From: an uncultured Candidatus Saccharibacteria bacterium
GTDB taxonomy: Bacteria; Patescibacteriota; Minisyncoccia; UBA6257; 2-01-FULL-56-20
Assembly: GCA_964484655.1 (NCBI GenBank)
Contig: CAZAFA010000002.1
Span: forward strand, 24,130-88,129
Reading direction: 5' to 3'
Length of the DNA stretch: 64,000 nucleotides
In this document: positions 19,130 to 28,976 of the stretch, piece after piece
Position numbering within the stretch: the stretch's first letter is position 1
Layout of the letters: every line of letters starts with the position of its first letter
Notes under the pieces: model-generated
Database searches by the model: none
Seen by the model: only the letters and a program-made list of their open reading frames with translations
What the model was told of the DNA's origin: nothing
Program-made: the position numbers and the translations under genes

Positions 19130-19704
19130 GGATTCTGGGTAAGGAGGTCGCGGAGCCGGGCCTTGGCGCGGGAGATGAGCGTCGCTACGGTGCCGGGCGG
19201 CTTGCGCAGGATGTCCGAGATCTCCTCGTACGTGCGCTCCTCGAGGAAGCGCAGGATGAGCACGTCCCGGTACTTGGGGTCGAGGCGGTCGATGGCCGCG
19301 CGGAGCGCCGCGGCATCCATGCGGGCTTCCGTCTCGGCCGCCGGGTCGGCCTCGGCGACGATGTTCTCGAACGCCGCGACCTCGTCCTCGTCGCGCGCGA
19401 CTTGCGGGACGCGGCTCACCTTCCGGAAGAACGTCATCGCCTCGTTATGCGTGATGCGGTAGATCCAGGAGGAGAACTTCAGGGAAGGATCGTAATCGTT
19501 GAGGTTGCGATACGCCTTGAGGAAGACCTCCTGGAGGATGTCATCGGCATCGCTCTGGCTCCTGCAGCCGAGGCGGAACAGGTAGCGGTTCAGCGGCGCC
19601 TGGTACCGGCGCACCAGAGGCGCGTACGCCGCGCTGTCCCTGAGCGCGGCCGCGACCAGCTCCTGATCGCTCGGCTCCTTAGTAGAGGATGTGGTCTCGG
19701 GCAT
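19126..19704 (-). CDS. ECF RNA polymerase sigma factor (SigW-like)
   Basis: DILQEVFLKAYRNL..YD...FSSWIYRITHN; region 4 YEEISDIL..PGTVATLISRAK. Confidence 0.92.
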   Translation of the reverse strand: MPETTSSTKEPSDQELVAAALRDSAAYAPLVRRYQAPLNRYLFRLGCRSQSDADDILQEVFLKAYRNLNDYDPSLKFSSWIYRITHNEAMTFFRKVSRVPQVARDEDEVAAFENIVAEADPAAETEARMDAAALRAAIDRLDPKYRDVLILRFLEERTYEEISDILRKPPGTVATLISRAKARLRDLLTQNP

Positions 19705-19741
19705 GCGGGGAAGCAAGGCGCCGAGGCGGCCTGAACCTTGA

Positions 19742-19768
19742 TACGCCCCGGATGCCCCTATTCTTTCA
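19742..19768 (-). promoter_or_regulatory. ECF sigma autoregulatory promoter
   Basis: TGAAAGAA-N13-GGCGTA about 40 nt upstream of the sigma ATG; resembles the SigW-type TGAAAC...CGTA. Confidence 0.7.
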
Positions 19769-19801
19769 TATTAGGACGGGGCAGGAGCGTATACTTACCC
19801 G

Positions 19802-22288
19802 GTGATGGCCGCCTGGTCCCGATACGCTCCCCTGCCGGTCGACGAGACCGCCGCCCGCCTCGGCACGGATGCCGCGCGCGGGCTCGATCCCGCGGGGCTG
19901 GAATCGCGGCGCAAGGAGCACGGATGGAACGAGATCGGGCGCGACGCCGTGACCTGGCATGGGATCCTGCTCAGGCAGTTCCGCTCCTCCTTCGTCTACG
20001 TCCTCGCCGGCGCCGCGGTGCTCGCCTTCGCGCTCGGCGAGGTCGCCGACGGCGCGCTCATATTCCTGTTCGTCGCCGTGAACGCGGCGCTCGGCTTCTA
20101 CCAGGAATTCCATTCCGAGAAGGCGGCGCGGCTGCTCGCGAGCTACCTCGAGACGAAGGTTGACGTCATCCGCGGCGGCGAGCATCGCGCGGTGCCGGCG
20201 CGCGAGCTCGTGCCCGGCGACCTGGTCTGCCTCCAGGCGGGCGATGCCATCCCGGCGGACGTGCGCTTCGTCAGCACGGACGGGCTCGTCGTGGACGAGT
20301 CCTCCCTCACCGGCGAATCCGTCGCGATCGCGAAGCTGACCGAGTCGCGCGAGGCGCAGGAAGCGTTCGAGGCGGCCAACATGGGCTTCTCGGGCACGCA
20401 CGTGACCCAGGGCAGCGGGACGGCCGTCGTGATCGCCACCGGCGCGGCGACGCTCCTCGGCGAGACCGCGCGCCTGACCGCGACGGCTTCCGGCACGAGC
20501 TCGCTCGAGCAGGGCCTGGACCGCTTCAGCGCGTTCATGATCCGCCTCGTGCTCGTCACGCTCGCGCTGGTCTTCGCGGCGCACCTGTTCCTCCGCGGCA
20601 GCGAGATCGGCATCGGCGAGCTCGCCATCTTCGCCGTGGCGCTCGCCGTGAGCGTCATCCCGGAAGGGCTGCCGGTCGTCATGACGTTCTCGCTCTCGCG
20701 CGGCGCGATGCGCCTGGCGAAGCGGCACGTCGTCGTGAAGCGGCTCTCGGCGATCGAGGACCTGGGGAGCATCGACGTCCTCTGCACCGACAAGACGGGC
20801 ACCCTCACGGAGAACCGCATGGGGATCGTCGCGGTCAGCGACGAGGCTGCCGTGCCGCTCGCGGCGCTCGCCGGCGAATGGCCGTCGGACGGGCAGATGC
20901 GGAACTCCTTCGACGCCCCGCTCTGGACGCGCCTCGGCGACGCCGGCGAAGGCCTGCGCGCGGGAGCGCGGAAGACGCACGCTATCGCCTTCGACCCGGT
21001 CCGCCGCATCGACAGCGCCACGGTCGCGCGAGGGTCGCAACGGACGCTCGTGATCCGCGGCGCGCCCGAGGCCGTCCTGGCAGCCTGCGCGGACGCCGGC
21101 GATGCCCTCGCCTGGATCGAGGAGCAGGGCCGCCTCGGCAGGCGCGTGATCGCCATCGCGCAGAAGCCCTGGCACGAGGACGCGCACGCCGTCGATGACG
21201 AGCGTGCGGGCTTCGCGCTCGCGGGCGCCATCGCGTACGCCGATCCCCTGCGCGCCTCGACGCGGGATGCGCTCGCGCAGGCGCGCTCGCTCGGCGTCGC
21301 CGTGAAGGTCATCACCGGGGACAGCGTCGGCGTCGCGGAAGCGGTGGCGCGCGAGGCGGGCCTGCAGGGCGAGGTCATCTCGGGCGCGGAGTTCGCCGCG
21401 CTTCCGGAGGACGCGCAGCACGCCGCGGCGGAGCGCGTCGCGGTGTTCGCGCGCGTGAGCCCCGCGCAGAAGCACCGCATCATCCAGCTGCTCGCGGAGC
21501 GCCACGCGGTCGGGTACCTCGGCGACGGCATCAACGACGCGCCGGCGCTCAAGGCCGCCGGCGTCGGCCTCGCGGTGCAGGGCGCGACCGACATCGCGCG
21601 CGAGGCGGCGGACATCATCCTCCTCGATCCCAGCCTCGCCGTCGTGATACGGGGCATCCGCGAGGGACGGAGCGTGTTCGTGAACTCGGTGAAGTATCTC
21701 AAGGCGACGCTCTCCTCGAACTTCGGCAACTTCTACGCGGTGGCGCTCGGCTCCCTCGTGATCAAGGAGCTGCCCATGCTCCCCGTGCAGCTCCTGCTGC
21801 TCAACCTCCTCACGGACGCGCCGCTGATCGCGGTCGCGGCGGACAACGTCGACGACGGGGACCTCAAGAAGCCGAAGGCGTACCGCGTGCGCGAGATCGC
21901 GACGATCGCGCTCGTCCTCGGCATCGTGAGCACCGCGGTGGACTTCGCGTACTTCGGCCTCTTCTTCCAGCTGCCGGTCAGCGAGCTCCAGACGAACTGG
22001 TTCGTCGGCAGCGTCCTGACCGAGCTGGCGTTCCTCTACTCGGTGCGCACGCGGCTCCCGTTCTGGCGCGCGCGCGGACCGGCGCGCGTCATCACCGCGC
22101 TCACCGTCGGCGCCGGCGCCGTCGCGCTCGCGCTCCCCTTCACCCGCTTCGGGCAGGAGGTGTTCCGGTTCACGCCGCCCGGAGCGACGACGCTCCTGCT
22201 GATCGCGGGCATCGCCGCGGTCTACCTCGTCGCCAACGAGGCGGTGAAGCTCGGCTATTACCGCTCCTTCCGCGGTACCGAGGACTGA
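19802..22288 (+). CDS. P-type cation-transporting ATPase (MgtA-like)
   Basis: TGES, PEGLP, DKTGT, TGD, GDGINDAPAL motifs. Confidence 0.92.
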   Translation: MMAAWSRYAPLPVDETAARLGTDAARGLDPAGLESRRKEHGWNEIGRDAVTWHGILLRQFRSSFVYVLAGAAVLAFALGEVADGALIFLFVAVNAALGFYQEFHSEKAARLLASYLETKVDVIRGGEHRAVPARELVPGDLVCLQAGDAIPADVRFVSTDGLVVDESSLTGESVAIAKLTESREAQEAFEAANMGFSGTHVTQGSGTAVVIATGAATLLGETARLTATASGTSSLEQGLDRFSAFMIRLVLVTLALVFAAHLFLRGSEIGIGELAIFAVALAVSVIPEGLPVVMTFSLSRGAMRLAKRHVVVKRLSAIEDLGSIDVLCTDKTGTLTENRMGIVAVSDEAAVPLAALAGEWPSDGQMRNSFDAPLWTRLGDAGEGLRAGARKTHAIAFDPVRRIDSATVARGSQRTLVIRGAPEAVLAACADAGDALAWIEEQGRLGRRVIAIAQKPWHEDAHAVDDERAGFALAGAIAYADPLRASTRDALAQARSLGVAVKVITGDSVGVAEAVAREAGLQGEVISGAEFAALPEDAQHAAAERVAVFARVSPAQKHRIIQLLAERHAVGYLGDGINDAPALKAAGVGLAVQGATDIAREAADIILLDPSLAVVIRGIREGRSVFVNSVKYLKATLSSNFGNFYAVALGSLVIKELPMLPVQLLLLNLLTDAPLIAVAADNVDDGDLKKPKAYRVREIATIALVLGIVSTAVDFAYFGLFFQLPVSELQTNWFVGSVLTELAFLYSVRTRLPFWRARGPARVITALTVGAGAVALALPFTRFGQEVFRFTPPGATTLLLIAGIAAVYLVANEAVKLGYYRSFRGTED

Positions 22289-22303
22289 GGGTATCCTCGT
22301 CCC

Positions 22304-22972
22304 ATGCACGCGTGGGACGTCTCGCCGAAGGAAGCGGTCCGCATCCAGCAGGAGCTGCGGCATGCCGTCCGCGTAGCGCCGCTGGGGAACGTGCCGCGGC
22401 TGATCGCGGGATGCGACGTGAGCGCGAACCGGTTCAGCGACGAGGTGTTCGCCGGCTTCGTCGTCATGACCTGGCCGGAACTCGCGGTCGTCGAGACCGT
22501 CACGGTACGCCGCACCGCGGGCTTCCCCTACATTCCGGGCCTGCTCTCCTTCCGTGAGATCCCCGCGCTCCTGGACGCCTGGGAGATGATCGGCGAGAAG
22601 CCCGGCCTCCTGTTCGTCGACGGCTCCGGCATCGCGCATCCGCGCCGGCTCGGCATCGCGGCGCATCTCGGCGCGCTCCTCGGCGTCCCGTCCGTCGGCT
22701 GCGCGAAGAGCAGGCTCGTCGGCGCGTACGAGGAGCCGGGTCTCGAGCCCGGCTCGCGCAGCGCGCTGTTGGACCGCGGCGAGCAGGTCGGCGTCGTGCT
22801 CCGCACGAAGGCGCGCACCAATCCCCTGTTCGTCTCGCCGGGGCACGGCGTCGGCATCGAGGAGGCAGCCGACCTCGTCCTCGGCGCGACGCGCGGCTAC
22901 CGCCTTCCCGAGCCGACGCGGCAGGCGCATCTCGCGACGAACGCGGCGCGGAGGGCACATTACGGCTTGTAA
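22304..22972 (+). CDS. nfi: endonuclease V
   Basis: FPYIPGLLSFRE, DGSGIAHPRRLG, VSPGH, RLPEPTR. Confidence 0.95.
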   Translation: MHAWDVSPKEAVRIQQELRHAVRVAPLGNVPRLIAGCDVSANRFSDEVFAGFVVMTWPELAVVETVTVRRTAGFPYIPGLLSFREIPALLDAWEMIGEKPGLLFVDGSGIAHPRRLGIAAHLGALLGVPSVGCAKSRLVGAYEEPGLEPGSRSALLDRGEQVGVVLRTKARTNPLFVSPGHGVGIEEAADLVLGATRGYRLPEPTRQAHLATNAARRAHYGL

Positions 22973-23011
22973 TGGAGGCCTGAAAAAAGTAACGTTTCGA
23001 ACACTCAGTCA

Positions 23012-24574
23012 ATGATCCGAAACGTGCTCTCCCCCATAGGGCGCATCCTCCGAAAGCGCATCTGGCGCGTACCGCTGTACGTGCCGCTCGCCCTGCTGCT
23101 GATCGCCGGCGCGTACCTCGGGTACCGCCAGGTGACGGCTCCCGACGCGCCGCTCCAGACCGTGACGGCGACGCGCGGTACCGTGCGCGAGGAGGTCTCC
23201 GTCGTCGGGCGCATCCAGCCCACGGAGCGCCTCGACCTCGCGCTGCAGGGATCGGGACGCATCGCGTACGTCGGCACGAGCGAAGGCGCGCGCGTCCGGC
23301 GCGGCCAGCTCCTGGTCTCGCTCTCGGGCGCGAACCTTCAGGCCCAGCTCCAGGCCGCGCTGGCCGGCCTCGACCAGCAGCGGCTCCGCCTCGACCAGCT
23401 GCGCGAGGGCGCGCGGACCGAGGACGTCGCCGTCACGCGCACGTCACGCGACAACGCCGAGCTCGCGTTGGCGGCCCAGCTGCGCCAGAGCTTCTCCTCC
23501 GTTGACAGTACGCTCGGCGCGAGCGTCGACCAGCTCTACGCCGATCCGCGCTCCGGGTCGCCGCGCTTCGGCGCATCCATAGCCGCCGGCGCGTCCAACT
23601 ACTTCATCAACGCCCCCTACCAGGACCGCATCCGCCTCCAGGAGGAGCAGGCGGAGACCGTCCGGCGCATGGACGCGTGGCGCGCCGCCCTCGACGGCGG
23701 GGACCGCGCGGCGGCCCTCGCGGCGGCGCAGCGCGCGCTGCCGTACGCGCAGAGCTATCTCGCGGACCTCGCCGCGGTGATCAACGCGTACCGCGCGGAC
23801 AACACGACCCAGCAGGCGATCTACGCAGGCTTCAAGGCGGACGTCGCCGCGGCGCGGAGCGCGGTCTCCGGAGCTGACGCGGCCGTGACCGCGGCTGCGG
23901 CGTCGCTCGCGAGCGCCGAGAGCCAGCTCGCGCTCAAGACCGCGCCGGCCGGAAGCACGGACGTCCTCATCCAGGAAGCGGCCGTGCGCGCCGCGCAGGC
24001 GCAGGTCGCGGCGGTGCGCGCGCAGCTCGCCGAGAACGCCGTCGTCTCCCCCGTGGACGGCGTTGTCACGAAGCTCGACGCGCAGGTCGGCGAGTCCGCC
24101 TCGCCCTCGCGGACGCTGGTGAGCGTCATGGCGGACGCGCGCTACGAGATCGAGGCGCGCGTGCCGGAGGCGGACATCGCGAAGATCAAGGTGGGCGACG
24201 AGGCGCGCGCCACCATGGACGCGTACCCGGGCGAGCGCTTCGCCGCCCGCGTGATCTTCGTCGCGCCGGCCGAGGATCTCGTCGAGGGCGTCGCCACCTA
24301 CAAGGTGAAGCTCCAGCTGACGGCCGACGACGCGCGCGTGAAGCCCGGCATGACCATCGACATGGACATCAGCACGAACACCCGCGAGGACGTCGTCGTC
24401 GTGCCGCAGCGCGTGGTCGTCACGCGCGGCGACCGGAAGGTCGTGCGCATCCCCGACGGCGAGAGGACGCGCGAGGTCGAGGTGAGGACCGGCATCCGCG
24501 GCACGGACGGCATGATCGAGATCGTCAGCGGCCTGCGCGAGGGCGAGGTGGTCGTCAGCGGCTCGGCGGACTGA
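23012..24574 (+). CDS. MacA-like membrane fusion protein
   Basis: Signal anchor, lipoyl-like halves, long hairpin, SPVDG, KPGMT. Confidence 0.85.
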   Translation: MIRNVLSPIGRILRKRIWRVPLYVPLALLLIAGAYLGYRQVTAPDAPLQTVTATRGTVREEVSVVGRIQPTERLDLALQGSGRIAYVGTSEGARVRRGQLLVSLSGANLQAQLQAALAGLDQQRLRLDQLREGARTEDVAVTRTSRDNAELALAAQLRQSFSSVDSTLGASVDQLYADPRSGSPRFGASIAAGASNYFINAPYQDRIRLQEEQAETVRRMDAWRAALDGGDRAAALAAAQRALPYAQSYLADLAAVINAYRADNTTQQAIYAGFKADVAAARSAVSGADAAVTAAAASLASAESQLALKTAPAGSTDVLIQEAAVRAAQAQVAAVRAQLAENAVVSPVDGVVTKLDAQVGESASPSRTLVSVMADARYEIEARVPEADIAKIKVGDEARATMDAYPGERFAARVIFVAPAEDLVEGVATYKVKLQLTADDARVKPGMTIDMDISTNTREDVVVVPQRVVVTRGDRKVVRIPDGERTREVEVRTGIRGTDGMIEIVSGLREGEVVVSGSAD

Positions 24575-25293
24575 TGGCGCTGATCGAGGCCCGCGACCTC
24601 GCGAAGGTGTACGGCGAAGGCGAAGGCGCCACCGTCGCGCTCGCCGGCGTGTCGTTCGACATCGAGAAGGGCGAGTTCGTCTCCATCATGGGCCCCTCCG
24701 GGTCCGGGAAGTCCACGCTCCTGCAGATTCTCGGCTTCCTGGACCAGCACACGGGCGGCACGTACCGCTTCGAGGGGCGCGACTCCGGCTCCTACTCCGA
24801 CGACGAGCTCGCCGAGGTGCGCAACCGCAAGCTCGGCTTCATCTTCCAGGCCTTCAACCTCCTGCCGAAGACCACGGTGCTCGAGAACACGCAGCTTCCG
24901 CTGCTCTATTCGCGCATCCCCGAGCGCGAGTGGGCGCCGCGCGCGCATGCCGCGATCGACGCGGTCGGGCTCGGCCACCGCGCGTACCACGAGACCGGCA
25001 AGCTCTCCGGCGGCGAGAAGCAGCGCGCCGCCATCGCCCGCGCGCTCGTGAACGACCCCGAGGTCATCTTCGCCGACGAGCCGACCGGCAACCTCGACTC
25101 GCGCTCGGGCCAGATGGTCATGGAGACGATCCAGGACCTCAACGAGAACCACGGCCACACGATCATCCTCATCACGCACGAGACGAGCACGGCCGAGCAC
25201 GCGAACCGCATCATCCGCATCCGGGACGGCCGCATCGAGAGCGACGCGCGCGTGCAGGCGCGCCGGCGCGCTGCCGCCGCATACGAGAAATGA
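24574..25293 (+). CDS. ABC transporter ATP-binding protein (MacB/LolD type)
   Basis: GPSGSGKST, LSGGEKQR, ADEPTGNLD. Confidence 0.95.
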   Translation: MALIEARDLAKVYGEGEGATVALAGVSFDIEKGEFVSIMGPSGSGKSTLLQILGFLDQHTGGTYRFEGRDSGSYSDDELAEVRNRKLGFIFQAFNLLPKTTVLENTQLPLLYSRIPEREWAPRAHAAIDAVGLGHRAYHETGKLSGGEKQRAAIARALVNDPEVIFADEPTGNLDSRSGQMVMETIQDLNENHGHTIILITHETSTAEHANRIIRIRDGRIESDARVQARRRAAAAYEK

Positions 25294-26528
25294 GGTTCCG
25301 CTACGCGCTCCGCACCGCCCGCACGGGCGTCGCCCGGCACAAGAGTCGCTCGGCGCTCACGATCCTCGGCATCGTCATCGGCATCGCGAGCATCATCCTC
25401 ATCCAGTCCGTGGGCGAGGGGGCGCAGTCGCTCATCCTCGACCAGGTGCAGGGCCTCGGCGCGCGCACCATCGCGATCCAGCCGGGACGGCCGCAGCGCG
25501 GCCCCGCCGACGGCGCCAACGCCTTCTCCGACTCGCTCAAGCAGCGCGAGGTGGACGCGATCAGCAGCAAGGCGAACGTCCCCGGCATGGAGAACGTCAC
25601 GCCGTCCATACTCCTTCCCGGCTCGGTCGCGTACGGCACGGAGACCTACGACGGGACGATATACGGCACCGCGCCCGGCTTCGCGGCCATCCTCTCCCTC
25701 GACGTCGCCGAGGGCTCCTTCATCGCCGACGAGGACGTCGCGGCGCGCGCGTCCGTGGCCGTGATCGGCCACACGGTGCGCGAGGAGCTCTTCGGCGAGA
25801 GCGACGCCGTCGGGCAGCGGATCAAGGTTGGCGACCGCAGCTTCCGCGTCATCGGCGTGCTCGAGAAGAAGGCCTCGGCGCTCTTCGTCGAGCCGGACAA
25901 GATCGTCATCGTCCCCTACACCGCCGCGCAGAGCTACCTCACCGCCAACGACCACTTCAACATGGTCTTCGGCCAGGCCGTCTCCGAGGACGAGATCGAC
26001 AACGTGCAGGCCGACGTGGAGCGGACACTCCGCGACCTGCACGACATCACCGACCCAGAGAAGGACGACTTCGACGTCGGCACGCAGAAGGAGCTCGCGG
26101 ACCAGATCGGCACCATCACGGACGTGCTCACGTACCTGCTCTCGTCCGTCGCGGCGATCTCGCTCGTCGTCGGCGGCATCGGCATCATGAACATCATGCT
26201 CGTCTCCGTGACGGAGCGGACGCGCGAGATCGGCCTCCGCAAGGCGCTGGGCGCCAAGAGCAGCGACGTGCTCCTCCAGTTCCTCATCGAGTCGGTGATC
26301 CTCACGCTCGCCGGCGGCGTCATCGGGATCGTCCTCGGGGCGAGCCTCTCGTTCCTCGCGGCGATCGTCCTGAGCACGTTCGCCGGCCTGAACTGGGGCT
26401 TCTCCTTCCCTGTCTCCGCGGCGGTCATCGGCATCTCGGTGGCGGCGGCCGTGGGACTCGTCTTCGGCCTCTATCCTGCGAGCCAGGCGGCGAGGAAAAG
26501 CCCGATGGAGGCTCTGCGTTACGAATAG
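25290..26528 (+). CDS. ABC transporter permease (MacB/FtsX family)
   Basis: RSALTILGIVIGI, GGIGIMNIMLVSVTERTREIGLRKA, PMEALRYE. Confidence 0.95.
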   Translation: MRFRYALRTARTGVARHKSRSALTILGIVIGIASIILIQSVGEGAQSLILDQVQGLGARTIAIQPGRPQRGPADGANAFSDSLKQREVDAISSKANVPGMENVTPSILLPGSVAYGTETYDGTIYGTAPGFAAILSLDVAEGSFIADEDVAARASVAVIGHTVREELFGESDAVGQRIKVGDRSFRVIGVLEKKASALFVEPDKIVIVPYTAAQSYLTANDHFNMVFGQAVSEDEIDNVQADVERTLRDLHDITDPEKDDFDVGTQKELADQIGTITDVLTYLLSSVAAISLVVGGIGIMNIMLVSVTERTREIGLRKALGAKSSDVLLQFLIESVILTLAGGVIGIVLGASLSFLAAIVLSTFAGLNWGFSFPVSAAVIGISVAAAVGLVFGLYPASQAARKSPMEALRYE

Positions 26529-26565
26529 CCCGGCCTTATCGGGAATTTATCGACGGCCGGCTATC

Positions 26566-26603
26566 TTGACGGCACGTTCGGGCCCATATAACATATCTGT
26601 TAT
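26566..26603 (+). promoter_or_regulatory. promoter with overlapping inverted-repeat operator
   Basis: TTGACG-N17-TAACAT; ATAACA-TATC-TGTTAT at 26588-26603 covers the -10. Confidence 0.65.
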
Positions 26604-26635
26604 GTAAGACGCCTGGCGAATTACTGCCCGTATCA

Positions 26636-26968
26636 ATGCGCTATGCCATCCTGCCTCCCTGCCGGAAAGAGATAGAGAAGATATTGGGCCGTGATGTCGC
26701 CTCCGTGAGGCTCTTCGGGGCGGCGGCCGACCGATTCCGCGACCACTCCCTCGACGAGCTCCAAGCGGCGGGTCTTACGGAAAAGATCAAGGGAATCACC
26801 ACGCGGCTGCCGATGATCGAGTACCGCATCGAGCTCAAGGACAGGAAGCTGCGCGTCATCTTCAGCATCGACGGAGCGGACGCGACCTGGCTCGCCTGCG
26901 AGCTCGAGAAGCGGGGCAGGATCACGCGGCAGGCCAAGGAACGAGCGGCCGGAAGAATATCTCACTAA
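26636..26968 (+). CDS. RelE/HigB-like toxin
   Basis: 110 aa; KIKG...IEYRI...LRVIF pattern; upstream of an HTH gene. Confidence 0.65.
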   Translation: MRYAILPPCRKEIEKILGRDVASVRLFGAAADRFRDHSLDELQAAGLTEKIKGITTRLPMIEYRIELKDRKLRVIFSIDGADATWLACELEKRGRITRQAKERAAGRISH

Positions 26969-26972
26969 GCAC

Positions 26973-27383
26973 ATGCAGTTCGACGACATCCTCGACGACC
27001 TCCTCAAGGACCCGGAGTTCAGGGAGCGGCACGCCCAGAAGGACGCGGCCGACCTCGCCGCGCGCGTCAGCGACCAGATCGTCCGCGCCCGCATCCGCGT
27101 CGGCATGACCCAGGCCGATCTCGCGCGGAAGGCCGGGACGCAGCAGTCCGGCATCGCGCGCGCGGAGAGCGGGGCGACGCTGCCCAGCCTCGCGTTCCTC
27201 CAGCGTCTCGCCGAGGCCATGGGAACCCATCTCATCGAACCGCGCTTCGTCGACGTCCGCGCCGTACTCCCGAGGAGCGTCACCAGGAGCACCGCGCGCG
27301 AGACGCGCACCAAGCTCGTCAGCCACGGTACCGGCTCAGGCCTGAACCTCGCATCCACCCCATTCACCTCAACCCATGCATGA
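26973..27383 (+). CDS. XRE-family HTH antitoxin (HigA-like) with C-terminal extension
   Basis: LKDPEFR...ARIRVGMTQADLARKAGTQQSGIARAESG...PSL.FLQRLA. Confidence 0.85.
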   Translation: MQFDDILDDLLKDPEFRERHAQKDAADLAARVSDQIVRARIRVGMTQADLARKAGTQQSGIARAESGATLPSLAFLQRLAEAMGTHLIEPRFVDVRAVLPRSVTRSTARETRTKLVSHGTGSGLNLASTPFTSTHA

Positions 27384-27864
27384 AGTAAAGAACGCCAACG
27401 TCACCCACCTCTGGAGCGTCCTCTGCCAGACCGCCACCGTCGACGCGGACAGCAACGACTTGTCGCTGATCAAGACGATCGACGAGATGAGCGTCTCGTT
27501 CGCCAACGCGGACGCGCTCCGCTCCTTCCAGGAGTCCGCTGCCAAGGGCCCGGTCACCACGCCGACCGCGTGCGACCTCGTCACGCTCTGGAAGAAGGCC
27601 GACCGCGCCGCGGACGCCGTCTTCGACCTCCGCGTCCGCTACCAGGATCCGGACGGCCGCAGCCTCGGCGAGGTCGAGATCCCCGTCCGCATGGGCGCCG
27701 GCGAGCTCCGCCACCGGCACCGCCTCAACATGCCGGGGCTCCCCATGACCGTGCCCGGCGAGTACGCGTTCGTCGTCGAGGTCCGCGCGGAAGGCGGGAA
27801 GTACAAGCTCGTGGACCGCGTCCCGCTGGATATCGTCTTCCGGCTCGACCAGCCGAAGAAGTAG
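27376..27864 (+). CDS. hypothetical beta-rich protein (DUF6941-like)
   Basis: WSVLCQ..TVD..SN.LSLI and PGEY.F patterns; overlaps the antitoxin stop. Confidence 0.6.
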   Translation: MHEVKNANVTHLWSVLCQTATVDADSNDLSLIKTIDEMSVSFANADALRSFQESAAKGPVTTPTACDLVTLWKKADRAADAVFDLRVRYQDPDGRSLGEVEIPVRMGAGELRHRHRLNMPGLPMTVPGEYAFVVEVRAEGGKYKLVDRVPLDIVFRLDQPKK

Positions 27865-27955
27865 CCCTTGCCAGGCCGGCAGGGATGCCGCATGGTGGAA
27901 AGCGACCCGAGCGGTCGCTTTTTAGAAAACTGAATAACCCTGGAGTATAGAGAGT

Positions 27956-28369
27956 ATGAGAAAGAACAGAGGATTCTCCCTGATAGAGCTGCTCATCGTC
28001 GTGGTGATCATCGGCATCATCGCCGCGATAGCCATACCCAACCTGCTCGACGCGCGTCGCGTCGCCAACGAAGGCGCGGCGGTCGCGGAGATGAAGAAGG
28101 TCGCCGACGGATGCGCGAAGGACAAGGCGAAGTGCGCCTATACCTACGAATCGTCCGGCTACATGCTGGCGGTGGCGCCCGCCAACGCGGGCGGGTTCGT
28201 GGTGACGGCGGTGCCGATCCAGCCGAACGGCGTAACCGCGACCGGCAACCGGTCGTTCGCGCTCATGAGCTGGTCGAGCAACGGACGGGACGGCTACGAG
28301 GTCATCTACAAGCCCGGAGGCATGGCGCCGTCGAGCCTGAGCGACCCCGAGGCGCGACGCCTCGAATAG
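27956..28369 (+). CDS. type IV pilin / prepilin-type protein
   Basis: Class III signal KNRG-FSLIELLIVVVIIGIIAAIAIP. Confidence 0.9.
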   Translation: MRKNRGFSLIELLIVVVIIGIIAAIAIPNLLDARRVANEGAAVAEMKKVADGCAKDKAKCAYTYESSGYMLAVAPANAGGFVVTAVPIQPNGVTATGNRSFALMSWSSNGRDGYEVIYKPGGMAPSSLSDPEARRLE

Positions 28370-28438
28370 CCGTACCGGGGCGTGAAAGAAAGAAGGCAGG
28401 ACCCGCGGGTCCTGCCTTTTCCTATGCGCGAGCGTCCG

Positions 28439-28750
28439 CTACTGCGTGGTGCTCGTAATGTTGACCGTGCTCGTGTTCGCCTGGATGGTGGTCGTGGTCA
28501 CGGTGCTGGTGGGGGCAGGGTTCGTGCCGTTGTTCCCCGAGTTGCCGGGAAGGCCGCTGTCCTGCGTCGTGTTCGACGGGACGGCCGTGTTGTCGTAGCT
28601 CGCCGGCCGCGCGAACACCTTGTAGGCGATGAACGCCGCGATGACGACGAGAGCGAGTATGGCGAGGATGGATGCCAGCCCCGCGCCGTCTCCGCCCTCC
28701 GAAGAGCGTACCTGGCGCGTGACGCGCACCTCGCGTTCCGTATCTGCCAT
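28439..28750 (-). CDS. small membrane protein with Thr/Asn-rich tail
   Basis: One TM helix followed by a low-complexity tail. Confidence 0.65.
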   Translation of the reverse strand: MADTEREVRVTRQVRSSEGGDGAGLASILAILALVVIAAFIAYKVFARPASYDNTAVPSNTTQDSGLPGNSGNNGTNPAPTSTVTTTTIQANTSTVNITSTTQ

Positions 28751-28976
28751 GGGATCAGTTGGAAATGGGTTTGCGACTAGAAGTGTAGATGGATTCGCTG
28801 GAGGCTGCAGCCTACGGACTGCGCGCACAGCTCACCATGTAAGACGTGCGCCGGGAGGCATGCTGACGCATGCAAGAGCGCGGGGCCCGAAGGCCCCGCG
28901 CTTCCCCATAGGTTGTCCCTCCGCTTCCCTCCCCCGATGAGGAAGCTGCTCTGCTTGGTTCCCTGATTGCTGGTCC

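Noticed and set aside
19766-22960. 1064-aa minus-strand ORF and similar long antisense ORFs (2215-3813, 15445-17001, 43465-45006, 56513-58201)
   Set aside because: These are shadows of well-supported genes on the other strand. High GC3 removes antisense stops, and the translations have no motifs.
28877-28976. Purine-rich (minus strand) 3' UTR with GGGA words behind the DUF5666-like gene
   Set aside because: Short, with only one modest stem before the terminator; too little to call an RNA element.
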